Source of the DNA: Sphingobacteriales bacterium
GTDB taxonomy: Bacteria; Bacteroidota; Bacteroidia; CAILMK01; JAAYUY01
Direction: 5' to 3'
Length of the DNA stretch: 64,000 nt
Assembly (NCBI GenBank): GCA_012517435.1
Contig: JAAYUY010000076.1
Span: forward strand, 1,609-65,608
How positions within the stretch are numbered: the stretch's first letter is position 1; each line of letters opens with the position of its first letter. The notes below the pieces were generated by a model, which was given only the letters and a program-made list of their open reading frames with translations, was not told where the DNA came from and did no database searches. This document shows, piece by piece, positions 30,490-39,300 of this stretch. A program made the translations under genes and the position numbers.

Positions 30490-30581
30490 ATACTTGAATT
30501 TAAAAATTTTACAAATGAAAATGGTGTTCCTTTTACCGGAAACACCTGATGACTGAAGTGATTGGGAACTATTTTCCCACA

Positions 30582-30598
30582 GGAGTAAAATTTACTCC
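30582..30598. promoter_or_regulatory. Perfect 17-bp palindrome ggagtaaaAtttactcc, a candidate operator or hairpin
   Basis: Read directly: 8 nt, a centre A, then the exact reverse complement. It lies ~95 bp upstream of the giant gene ATG, on the leader/promoter side. An adjacent 6-bp-stem hairpin tgggaa-ctatt-ttccca sits at 30563-30579. Confidence 0.35.
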
Positions 30599-30672
30599 AG
30601 CGAGCTATCAAACCTTGGATGTGACCTGACATCCTTTCTTTTTTCATTTTCTTCAACTTTTTTCCCAAGTCA

Positions 30673-30775
30673 AAGTGAAGTGAGTTTTAAAATACTACCG
30701 GGAGGTAGAGCGCGTCTTTTATCGGAGGTGTATCGTTTGTCTTATAGGCATTCTATTTTAAAAATCACTTCACTT
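30673..30775. promoter_or_regulatory. 21-bp inverted repeat pair flanking a 61-bp spacer
   Basis: aagtgaagtgagttttaaaat at 30673-30693 and attttaaaaatcacttcactt at 30755-30775 are reverse complements with one mismatch. The spacer contains an inner hairpin ctacc-ggga-ggtag. Confidence 0.35.
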
Positions 30776-30992
30776 AATTACATTCCAGCATTGTTTTAAT
30801 ACGCAATATTAATACGTTATCAACAATTGTGAAAAAAAATTTTTTTTATTTTTCTAAAAAAAATCAAACTAATTTAACGATTTGAATTTCAATATTTTAT
30901 AAATTCCGGAGTAATTTTTCAGACAAAAATTCCCGGCAAGGTCAGATAAAATATTGAGGAGATAAAAAAATTTACAATCATAGGAGAATTGT

Positions 30993-31000
30993 TAGCTTTG
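30993..31000 (+). promoter_or_regulatory. Candidate Bacteroidota sigma-A -7 box (TAGCTTTG, matching TAnnTTTG) for trkA
   Basis: Exact match to the TAnnTTTG consensus, 26 nt upstream of the trkA ATG. No clean TTTG -33 element is seen. Confidence 0.3.
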
Positions 31001-31025
31001 TTGTCTGGTAAAATTTCATTTAAAG

Positions 31026-32369
31026 ATGAATATAGTAATTTCCGGAGCAGGGGCTGTAGGTTTATATCTGGCAAAAATGCTGGTAGAAAATGATCATAAT
31101 GTTACACTTATTGATAAAAACGAGGAGAGGTTACGCATAGCATCCGCCCATCTGGATATTTTGACTTATTGCGGCTCATCTTCGCTGATATCGGTTCAGA
31201 AAGAAGCCAATATTCCTGATTGTGATCTTTTAATTGCAGTTACCAACGAACAGGATGCTAACTTTCTGACCTGCATTTTAGGGAAAAAATCAGGAGCCAA
31301 AACCACCATCGCCCGCATCAACAACCTCGAATATCTGGAAAAATCTGAACAAGAGATGTATCAGTCATTTGGCGTTGACACCATGATATTTCCCGAGCTC
31401 ATAGCCGCCAATGAAATAGTTGCCCTGATCAGGCAAAGTGCTGCCACCGAAATCGTATCCTTTTGTAATGACAAGTTGATTCTGATGCAGTTAAGGATTG
31501 AAGAGGATGCTGAAGTAAAAGGAAAAACCCTTCGTGAAATTATTGAAAAAGACCCTACCATCGACTACCGTGCCGTGGCTATTCAGCGTAACAATAAAAC
31601 CATCATGCCTTCCGGAAAAGATGTTTTCATCCCGGGTGATGAGGTTTTTGTGGTTACCAAAAAGGAAAAAATTGATAAATTGCTTAAAATAAGCGGATCG
31701 AAAAATTTCCACATTCGCAATATTATGCTCATTGGGGCTTCTGAAGTAGGTATTCTGGCTGCCAGGGAACTCGAGCAGGATTATCATGTCAAGCTGATTG
31801 AAAAAAGAGCTGATATTTGCCAGAAATTAGCCGGAGAACTCAAACATACATTAATTATTAATGCAGACGGTCATGAGCTGAACACCCTGAAAGATGAGGG
31901 TCTGGAAGAAATGGATGCTTTTATATCGGTTACGGAAAATACGGAAGCCAATATATTTTTCTGCCTGCTTGCCAAACGCAACGGTGCCAAAAAAACCATT
32001 GCCCTGATTGAAGATACCGAATTTATTGAGATTTCTCATGATATTGGGGTAGATACCATCATCAACAAAAAACTGATTGCTGCCAGCCATATTCACCGCT
32101 ATACGCTTGAAGCCGAGGTGGTTGCCTCCAAATGTCTGAACAGTGTGGAGGCCGATGTTTTTGAGTTTATCGTTAAAAAAGGTTCTCGCATTACTTCCAA
32201 AAAGGTCAGTGAGCTGAATTTCCCTGAAAATGCCATTTTAGGCGGCTATATCCGAAATGGGGAAAGCTATATTGTGAAAGGCGATACTCAACTTCAGGAA
32301 GGCGACCATGTGGTGGTCTTTTCTGTTCCTTCTGTCATTCATAAAGTCGAACAGTTTTTTTCAATATAA
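31026..32369 (+). CDS. trkA: Trk-system K+ uptake protein TrkA, a NAD-binding regulatory subunit with two RCK_N/RCK_C pairs
   Basis: 447 aa. Both halves begin with a Rossmann GxGxxG motif (MNIVISGAGAVGLYLAKML... and IMLIGASEVGILAAREL...). The duplicated architecture and length are typical of TrkA. Confidence 0.9.
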   Translation: MNIVISGAGAVGLYLAKMLVENDHNVTLIDKNEERLRIASAHLDILTYCGSSSLISVQKEANIPDCDLLIAVTNEQDANFLTCILGKKSGAKTTIARINNLEYLEKSEQEMYQSFGVDTMIFPELIAANEIVALIRQSAATEIVSFCNDKLILMQLRIEEDAEVKGKTLREIIEKDPTIDYRAVAIQRNNKTIMPSGKDVFIPGDEVFVVTKKEKIDKLLKISGSKNFHIRNIMLIGASEVGILAARELEQDYHVKLIEKRADICQKLAGELKHTLIINADGHELNTLKDEGLEEMDAFISVTENTEANIFFCLLAKRNGAKKTIALIEDTEFIEISHDIGVDTIINKKLIAASHIHRYTLEAEVVASKCLNSVEADVFEFIVKKGSRITSKKVSELNFPENAILGGYIRNGESYIVKGDTQLQEGDHVVVFSVPSVIHKVEQFFSI

Positions 32370-32375
32370 TCAGTC

Positions 32376-33824
32376 ATGTTAAAATCTCGCCTGATTATCA
32401 ATCTTTTAAGCCGGATTCTTATACTGGAAAGCATACTGATGGCTACTTCATTAAGCTTTTCAGCCTATTACGGGTACAGTGATTTCAAAGCCATTGCCCT
32501 TTCTTCGCTGATCACCTTTTCATGCGGTATCTTTTTGTTTTTTGTTACCAGAAAAACTGAATACAATGCCACCAAAAGAGAAGGCTACCTGATTGTCAGC
32601 CTTGGCTGGATTATTATTTCCTTGTTTGGCACACTGCCATACATCCTCAGCGGAGCCATTCCCGACTTTACTGATGCTTTTTTTGAAACCATGTCGGGCT
32701 TTACCACCACAGGAGCCTCTATTCTGACAGATATTGAAAAGATTCCCAAAGGAATACTATTCTGGCGTGCCATGACTCACTGGATCGGGGGAATGGGTAT
32801 TATTGTACTGACTGTAGCCATCATGCCCTTTCTGGGAGTTGGCGGGTTTCAGCTTTTTGCCGCTGAAGTACCGGGTATTTCAAAAGATAAACTCCATCCC
32901 CGGATTACCGAAACAGCCAAAAGACTTTGGGGACTTTATGCCCTTTTCACCTTAGCTGAAACCATTCTTCTTGTCCTTGGCGGCATGAACCTCCACGAAT
33001 CATTATGCCATTCTTTTGCCACCATGGCTACCGGTGGCTTCTCTACCCGAAATGCCAGCGCTGCTGCATTTTCTCCCTATATTCAGTATGTATTTATTGT
33101 CTTTATGTTTATTGCCGGAATAAATTTTACCCTTTCCTATCTCGCTGTCATCAAAGGTGATGTTAAAAAACTGTTTAAGGACGATGAATTCAAATTTTAC
33201 TCCACCTTTATTCTTTTATCGGCCTTTGTCATTGTTGTAGTTCTGGCCGTATTGCAACACCACGGAGTGGAGGAATCTTTCAGAAATGCTTTGTTTACGG
33301 TCGTTTCCATCATCACTACTACTGGCTTTGTCAATTGTAACTATGAAAACTGGGGTATTTTCGGGATGATGCTTGTGTTTATTTTAATGTTTATCGGTGG
33401 TTCATCAGGCTCCACGGGCGGCTCTGTCAAGTGTATCCGCCATCTTTTGTTGATAAGAAATGCCTCTCTCGAATTTAAAAGACTTGTCCATCCGCGAGCC
33501 GTTCTACCTGTCAGATATAACCAGCAAAGCGTTTCAAAAGATACCATTTCGCATGTCCTTGCCTTTTTCTTTTTATATGTGATTATCTTTATCGTCTCTT
33601 CTCTCCTGATGGTAGCTTTTGGCAGCGATATTGAAACCTCAATGGGATCTGTCGCTGCAACACTCGGAAATGTAGGCCCGGGTATCGGCCATGTAGGACC
33701 TGTAGAAAACTACGCCCATTTAAACATCGAATCCAAATGGCTTCTTTCTTTCGACATGTTGGTCGGACGTCTTGAATTGTTTACCGTCCTGATTATTTTC
33801 AGTAAAGCCTTCTGGAAAAAATAA
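32376..33824 (+). CDS. trkH: Trk-system K+ uptake transmembrane protein TrkH
   Basis: 482-aa polytopic membrane protein. It has TrkH/KtrB-family selectivity-filter-like motifs (MSGFTTTGASIL, MATGGFSTRNAS, GGSSGSTGGSVK). Its start is 6 nt after the trkA stop. Confidence 0.88.
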   Translation: MLKSRLIINLLSRILILESILMATSLSFSAYYGYSDFKAIALSSLITFSCGIFLFFVTRKTEYNATKREGYLIVSLGWIIISLFGTLPYILSGAIPDFTDAFFETMSGFTTTGASILTDIEKIPKGILFWRAMTHWIGGMGIIVLTVAIMPFLGVGGFQLFAAEVPGISKDKLHPRITETAKRLWGLYALFTLAETILLVLGGMNLHESLCHSFATMATGGFSTRNASAAAFSPYIQYVFIVFMFIAGINFTLSYLAVIKGDVKKLFKDDEFKFYSTFILLSAFVIVVVLAVLQHHGVEESFRNALFTVVSIITTTGFVNCNYENWGIFGMMLVFILMFIGGSSGSTGGSVKCIRHLLLIRNASLEFKRLVHPRAVLPVRYNQQSVSKDTISHVLAFFFLYVIIFIVSSLLMVAFGSDIETSMGSVAATLGNVGPGIGHVGPVENYAHLNIESKWLLSFDMLVGRLELFTVLIIFSKAFWKK

Positions 33825-33888
33825 ATTTGCATATCTGATTTAATTCTCAATTTTGATTCGAAATTAAAATGCTACTTTTTGCAAAATA

Positions 33889-35646
33889 ATGAAGTATTTT
33901 TCAGGCTCGGGCTTCAGGAATTTTCTTTTAAAATTCAATATTGTTTTTTCTCTGATTGTAATAACCACGCAGTTATATGATTTTGGATACCCTTCATCCC
34001 TGTACGGCCAGAAAAATATCCATACCTTTTACCAGATTGCAGCCATTGTTTACCTGCTCAACTTCATCGGTGAACTGATTTCTGAAAGATTGTTACTGTT
34101 GAGAATACTCAGGGAAAATCCGCTGAAATTTGCTTTTCATATACTCGGATTAATTGTTTTAATGGTTTCGTTTTCGAATGTAAGCATTTTGATTCAGGAC
34201 CTCGGATTTATATCTTCAAATCTGAATATCGAAACGGCTCTGATCGTATTTTTAAATGCCTATCTACTCCTAAATTCATTGATTATTATCGTTAAACTTA
34301 GAGAAAACTGGCTTTTTGTCTCTGCTAATCCATCAAAGGTTCTGTTTTTTTCCTTCGGTATTTTAATACTGACAGGGACATTGCTTTTAAAACTGCCAGC
34401 TTGTTCAAATTATCATCTTAGCTGGCCGGATGCTTTGTTTACCGCTACTTCAGCAGTTTGTGTAACAGGCCTTTCAACCATCAATATTGCTTATGCTCTG
34501 ACTTTTAAAGGGCAAATAATCTTAATGCTTTTAATTCAGGCTGGTGGGCTTAGTATTATTACTCTTACAACTTTTATCGCTTTGTTTTTCAGAAGGGGAT
34601 TTAAATTGAAAGACCAATTATTACTCCAATACATGTTTTCAGATGAAAATATCAGTTTTATAGAAAACATACTTAAAATTATCATTGGTGTCACTTTAAT
34701 TATAGAGACTTTTGGTGCCATATCATTTTTCTTTTCATGGCAGTATCTTCATCTTTCTTCAGGGCGACGCTTATTTCATGCTGTTTTTCACGCAGTCAGT
34801 GCTTATTGTAATGCAGGCTTTTCCGTTTTCCCTAATGGTTTTGAAGAAAATTTTCTCTCAACCAGTTATCCTACCCTAATTACAGCTATGATTCTTATTA
34901 TTCTTGGAGGAATTGGCTTTTATACCATCAGTGATATATTCAAATTTGAGCATAAAGAACATTTTAACATCCGGCCAAAAGGGCTTAGGCTACAAACACG
35001 AATCATTTTATCAGGAACAGGCATTCTTATTATTACAGGAGCCGTTTTAATCTGGTTTTTTCAATACCCGGAATGGAAAAATCTTCCGGTCGGACAACAA
35101 ATCATTTATTCATTATTCAACAGTGTTACCAGCAGAACAGCAGGATTCAGCTGTTACCCTGTTTCTAAAATGGCTATACCATCAGCGTTGATTATCATTT
35201 TGCTGATGTTTATAGGGGCATCACCCAATGGTACTGCTGGAGGTATAAAAATCACTACATTTTATACGGTAATATTAGCATTTTTCTCCTTTTCCCGTGG
35301 AAAAGAACGAGTAACTTCCGGCTGGAATACTATTCCTATGACCCTTGTCAGGAAGGCTTTTATTGTTTTTTTTGCCTCCATTTCTTTAATTTTTATTGCT
35401 GTATTGCTGATTTCATCTGTTGAAAAAAAAGACTTTTTTGACATTTTATTCGAAACAGTCAGTGCTTTTGGAACCGTTGGGTTGAGTAGGGGTATCACCC
35501 CTTTTCTGACAGATTTTAGCAAAATCGTCTTGGTGTGTGTGATGTATTTAGGCAGGGTTGGCCTTTACTCACTGGCCATTGCTGTTACAGATGAATTGGG
35601 ATCAAATGCATATAAATTTCCTGAAACAAGTTTAATGATTGGTTAA
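33889..35646 (+). CDS. TrkH/KtrB-family cation (K+) transporter membrane subunit with an N-terminal transmembrane extension
   Basis: 585-aa polytopic membrane protein. It has TrkH/KtrB motifs (TGLSTI, GASPNGTAGGIKITTF, FGTVGLSRG) plus ~150 extra N-terminal residues with additional transmembrane helices. Confidence 0.85.
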   Translation: MKYFSGSGFRNFLLKFNIVFSLIVITTQLYDFGYPSSLYGQKNIHTFYQIAAIVYLLNFIGELISERLLLLRILRENPLKFAFHILGLIVLMVSFSNVSILIQDLGFISSNLNIETALIVFLNAYLLLNSLIIIVKLRENWLFVSANPSKVLFFSFGILILTGTLLLKLPACSNYHLSWPDALFTATSAVCVTGLSTINIAYALTFKGQIILMLLIQAGGLSIITLTTFIALFFRRGFKLKDQLLLQYMFSDENISFIENILKIIIGVTLIIETFGAISFFFSWQYLHLSSGRRLFHAVFHAVSAYCNAGFSVFPNGFEENFLSTSYPTLITAMILIILGGIGFYTISDIFKFEHKEHFNIRPKGLRLQTRIILSGTGILIITGAVLIWFFQYPEWKNLPVGQQIIYSLFNSVTSRTAGFSCYPVSKMAIPSALIIILLMFIGASPNGTAGGIKITTFYTVILAFFSFSRGKERVTSGWNTIPMTLVRKAFIVFFASISLIFIAVLLISSVEKKDFFDILFETVSAFGTVGLSRGITPFLTDFSKIVLVCVMYLGRVGLYSLAIAVTDELGSNAYKFPETSLMIG

Positions 35647-35649
35647 TAT

Positions 35650-36339
35650 ATGAGCAAAACACAAAAATACGTTTTAATTGGCATGGGTGCTTTTGGCCAG
35701 GAAATAGCCTATACCCTGAAAGAGTACAATGCTGAGCTTATTATTATCGATAAAAATGCAGATACTGTCGCACAACTCAAACGCGATGGTTTTCCATTTG
35801 TCGTCCAACTCGACTCAACAGACGGCTTTTCACTTGAAAAATTTGTCTCTCCTGACGATATTGTCGTCCTTTCTATGGGCGAATCTTTTGAAGATAATAT
35901 CGTTACGGTTGGAATTCTGACCAGAATTGGTGTCAAAAAAATTTATACTCGTGCTACCCGGATTATTCATGAAGAAATTCTGAATCAGATGAAAAACACT
36001 ATTACTCTCTTCCCTGAACGTGAGGAAGGTAAACGGGTCGCTCTTAAACTGCTTTACAAAGAATTTTATTTAATTGAGGAAATTTCTCCGGGAATTTTTC
36101 TTTGTGAAATGGATGTCCCTGAATCATTTGTCGGCCAGACAATTATAGAACTTGATGTCAGAAACAAATATGGAATTAATATCATCGGACTGAAAAAGCA
36201 TTCTGAGGATAATGAAGGTCTCATTTCCTCTGAAATGCAGGTTATTGGTTTTGAAAAAGTAATACTTGAAAAAAATCATATACTTGCCTTTCTGGCTAAT
36301 GAGAAAAATATGGCTCAGATGTTAAAGCATAAATTCTGA
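35650..36339 (+). CDS. KtrA/TrkA-like RCK-domain K+ transport regulatory subunit
   Basis: 229 aa. The N-terminal Rossmann motif is VLIGMGAFGQEIAYTL, and a TrkA_C-type C-terminal domain follows. The start is 3 nt after the KtrB-like gene stop. Confidence 0.85.
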   Translation: MSKTQKYVLIGMGAFGQEIAYTLKEYNAELIIIDKNADTVAQLKRDGFPFVVQLDSTDGFSLEKFVSPDDIVVLSMGESFEDNIVTVGILTRIGVKKIYTRATRIIHEEILNQMKNTITLFPEREEGKRVALKLLYKEFYLIEEISPGIFLCEMDVPESFVGQTIIELDVRNKYGINIIGLKKHSEDNEGLISSEMQVIGFEKVILEKNHILAFLANEKNMAQMLKHKF

Positions 36340-36389
36340 AATAACTTTTTCGCCTGATCCTTGCTATTTACTGATTATCTTAGGTTTAC

Positions 36390-39300
36390 CTAATATCCCT
36401 GCTGTATTTTAAATACCCGTTCAACCCAGATTTTGTTGTTAACATTCAGTCGGATGAAATAGATCCCGCCTGCCAGGCCTTCATCACCGAAAGCATATTC
36501 ATAACGCCCTGCCGGTAAGGCAGTATTGACCAGCACTTCGACTTCTTTACCATAAGCATCGTAAACACCCAGCTTTACATTTGAAAAGCTGTTAAGGTCG
36601 AAACGTATATTGGTGGATTGTTTAAACGGATTAGGATATACCAGCATTTTAAAACGTGCCTGATAAAGCTCTTCTTCACTCAGACAATTTGTAATTACTG
36701 CCGTATCAATCACATAGTTGTAACAACCATTATTTGAAATCACCAGCATAATGACGGGGTATTTTCCGTTGGCATTGTATTTATGAACCACTTTATGCCC
36801 TGAGGAAGTATCATTATCGCCAAAGCTCCAGTAGAAGGTGTTCAGGGTGTCGCCACCTGCCAAAAAGGTAGCCTCTCCGTTGCTGCCGTAAACAATGGTA
36901 AATTTAGCTTCGGGCAAAGGATATATTTCAATGGTTTTATACGCTGTATCTGCACATCCCTCATTGCTTACCGCTTCGAGGCTGATGGTATAAAATCCTG
37001 CCGTATCGTAAATATGTTCAGGATGCTGGCTTACCGACTGATGCTGGTCGCCAAAATCCCAGTTCCATGCGCTGATATATGCCGGACTATCCACAACCGA
37101 TTGATCCGTAAACCTGACCGTATCGCCCGCACAGCTGTTTTTTGTGTCAAATCCGGCAACCGGCATTTTCCAGATAAACACATCACGATAAGCGGAATCG
37201 GCACAGCCAAATCCTGATACAGCCTTTAGTTTTACTGCAAAATATCCGGTAGTGTCATAACTAAATACAGGATTTTTTACATGAGACACATATTTCGGAT
37301 CCGAAGTATTTTCTCCGGCAAAATACCAGGTAAACCGGAGAGTGTCTCCGATGACTGAACTCAGGTTGCTGAATTTAAACTTATTATCCCTGAAACATTG
37401 CTCGTTGTCATCTACATTGAAGCCGGCAACAGGCATTTTAACTACCACCACATATTTCATGACAGTATCGGAACATCCAAGATTACTTTCTGCCATCAGC
37501 CATACATGATAATTCCCTGCCATTTGATAAAAATGGCTTGTATTGACAGCTGTGGAAGTATCTCCGTCACCGAAAGACCAGATAAACTTCATGTTTCCGC
37601 TTTGAATGTAAGATGAATTACTGAAAACAAACAGGTTATTACTGAAACACTGGCTGTCGCTGTTCACCGAGAATGAGAGCTGAGGAGACGGGAACACATA
37701 GACTTCTTTAATCAGCGAATCTGTACAGCCAAGATTTGAAGTTGCCGTCAGTTTTACCGAAAAGGTATCTGCATTCAGGTAAATGTGGCTTGTGTTGGTT
37801 GAAGTTGAAGTATAGGCATCTCTGAAATCCCATAAATAGGTCATACTGCCGGAATTGATTTTCGACTGGTTGGTAAATACAAAATGATTGTGTTTAAAGC
37901 ATTGCATACTGTCGTTGATCACGAAATCCAACTGCGGGCTTGGCCAGATATATGTCTGACTAACAAAGGTATCGGCACAATTCTGAATGGAAATGGCTAT
38001 TAGTTTTACTGTAAATATTCCGTCCCTGTTATACTGATAAACGGGATGGGTGGCTGATGAAATGTTGCTGTCGCCAAAATCCCATGAGAATACCATATTT
38101 CCGGTATTCAGCGAAGATTGATTGGTGAAAACAAACTGATTCCCTGTCAGACACTGGTCTGTATCGTTTATTGCAAATTTTACGGAAGGCATTTCGTAAA
38201 CATATACTGTTGCTGATGAAACATCTGTACAGTTTTTATCAGAAACTGCAGTCAGTTCGACCAGATAATTACCATAAGCCGTATATGAATGCTGAGGATT
38301 GGTCTGAACGGAAGTAGTATTATCACCAAACTTCCATTGATAGCTCAGATTTCCGTAAGCCAATGCTGACTGATTGGTAAAGTCAAACTGATTGCCTTTC
38401 TGACACTGGTCTGTGTCATTAATTGTAAAGGTACTTGTTGGAGAAGGATAGACATAAACGGTCCGGATGGCAGAGTCTCCACAGTTTTTGTCTGAAATAG
38501 CCACCAGCCTGACAGAAAAAGTGTCGGCTGCAGAATAAGTGTGAGAATCATGGGTTTGAACAGATGTTGACCCGTCACCGAAATACCATTTGTAAGTAGA
38601 AAGGCCTTGTGCCAGCGTGGTCTGATTGGTCATTACAAAATTATTTCCGTTAAAACACTGGTCAGTGTCGTTCACCTTGAATGAGACAATCGGATTGGGA
38701 TTGACGGTTACTGTTTTTATCAGGCTATCAGGACAGTTTTTATCAGTTATGACCAATAGTTTGACATCAAAAGAGCCATAGGAAGTGTACTGTTTTGAAG
38801 GATTCGGCAAGGTGCCGGTGCTGTTGTCGCCAAATGACCAAAACTGGCTGAGTGTTCCGCTGCTCACCGTTGAGTTGTTGGTAAAACTGAACTGATTACC
38901 TGCCAGACATTGAACATCATTGTTGATGCTGAAGTTGGCCACCGGACTCGGATGGACGGTAACCGTTTTGGTCAGCGAATCCTTACAGCCATAGTTCGAG
39001 GTGGCTATCAGTTTCACCTGATAAGTGCCTGCAGCGGTATAGCTATGCTGTGGCGAAGTTTGGGCTGAGGTGCTGTTGTCTCCGAAGTTCCATAAATAAG
39101 TCAGTGTTCCGCTGCCTATGCCGGATTGATTGGTAAAGCTGAAACTGTTCCCATTTTTACATTGCTCTGTATTGTTGATGGCAAAGGCAACTGATGGATT
39201 TGCCCTGACATTCAGCGTTTTGGTTGTAGAGTCCTTGCAACCCTTGTCGGAGATAAGCAATAGTTTCACCGTATAAGAACCAAAACCGGCATACGAGTGA

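Larger units (their letters stand above)
30490..31025. promoter_or_regulatory. Divergent AT-rich intergenic region carrying the promoters of the 9405-aa giant gene (minus) and trkA (plus)
   Basis: 536 bp with no ORF. It contains an A8-T8-a-T5-ct-A8 tract at 30832-30863, a perfect 17-bp palindrome and a 21-bp inverted repeat pair (both listed separately). Confidence 0.5.

Noticed and set aside
30486-30668. 60-aa minus-strand ORF overlapping the giant gene start
   Set aside because: Its start at 30668 lies only ~180 nt upstream of the giant-gene ATG, so the ORF runs straight through the hairpin/palindrome leader elements. It is lysine-rich and low-complexity with no recognisable domain or support. 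Judged spurious.
30673-30775. IR-flanked segment considered as a Bacteroidota-type invertible promoter switch
   Set aside because: The enclosed segment is only 61 bp. It contains no TAnnTTTG promoter motif on either strand, and no site-specific recombinase gene is nearby. It is retained only as a generic inverted repeat.
30832-30863. A8-T8...A8 tract considered as a bidirectional rho-independent terminator
   Set aside because: It has no GC-rich stem. It is pure A/T and more consistent with a curved-DNA or UP-like element in a divergent promoter region.
36340-36389. Bidirectional terminator in the 50-nt convergent gap between the ktrA-like and 2868-aa genes
   Set aside because: I could not see a convincing GC-rich hairpin followed by a T-tract by eye. 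It is left unannotated.
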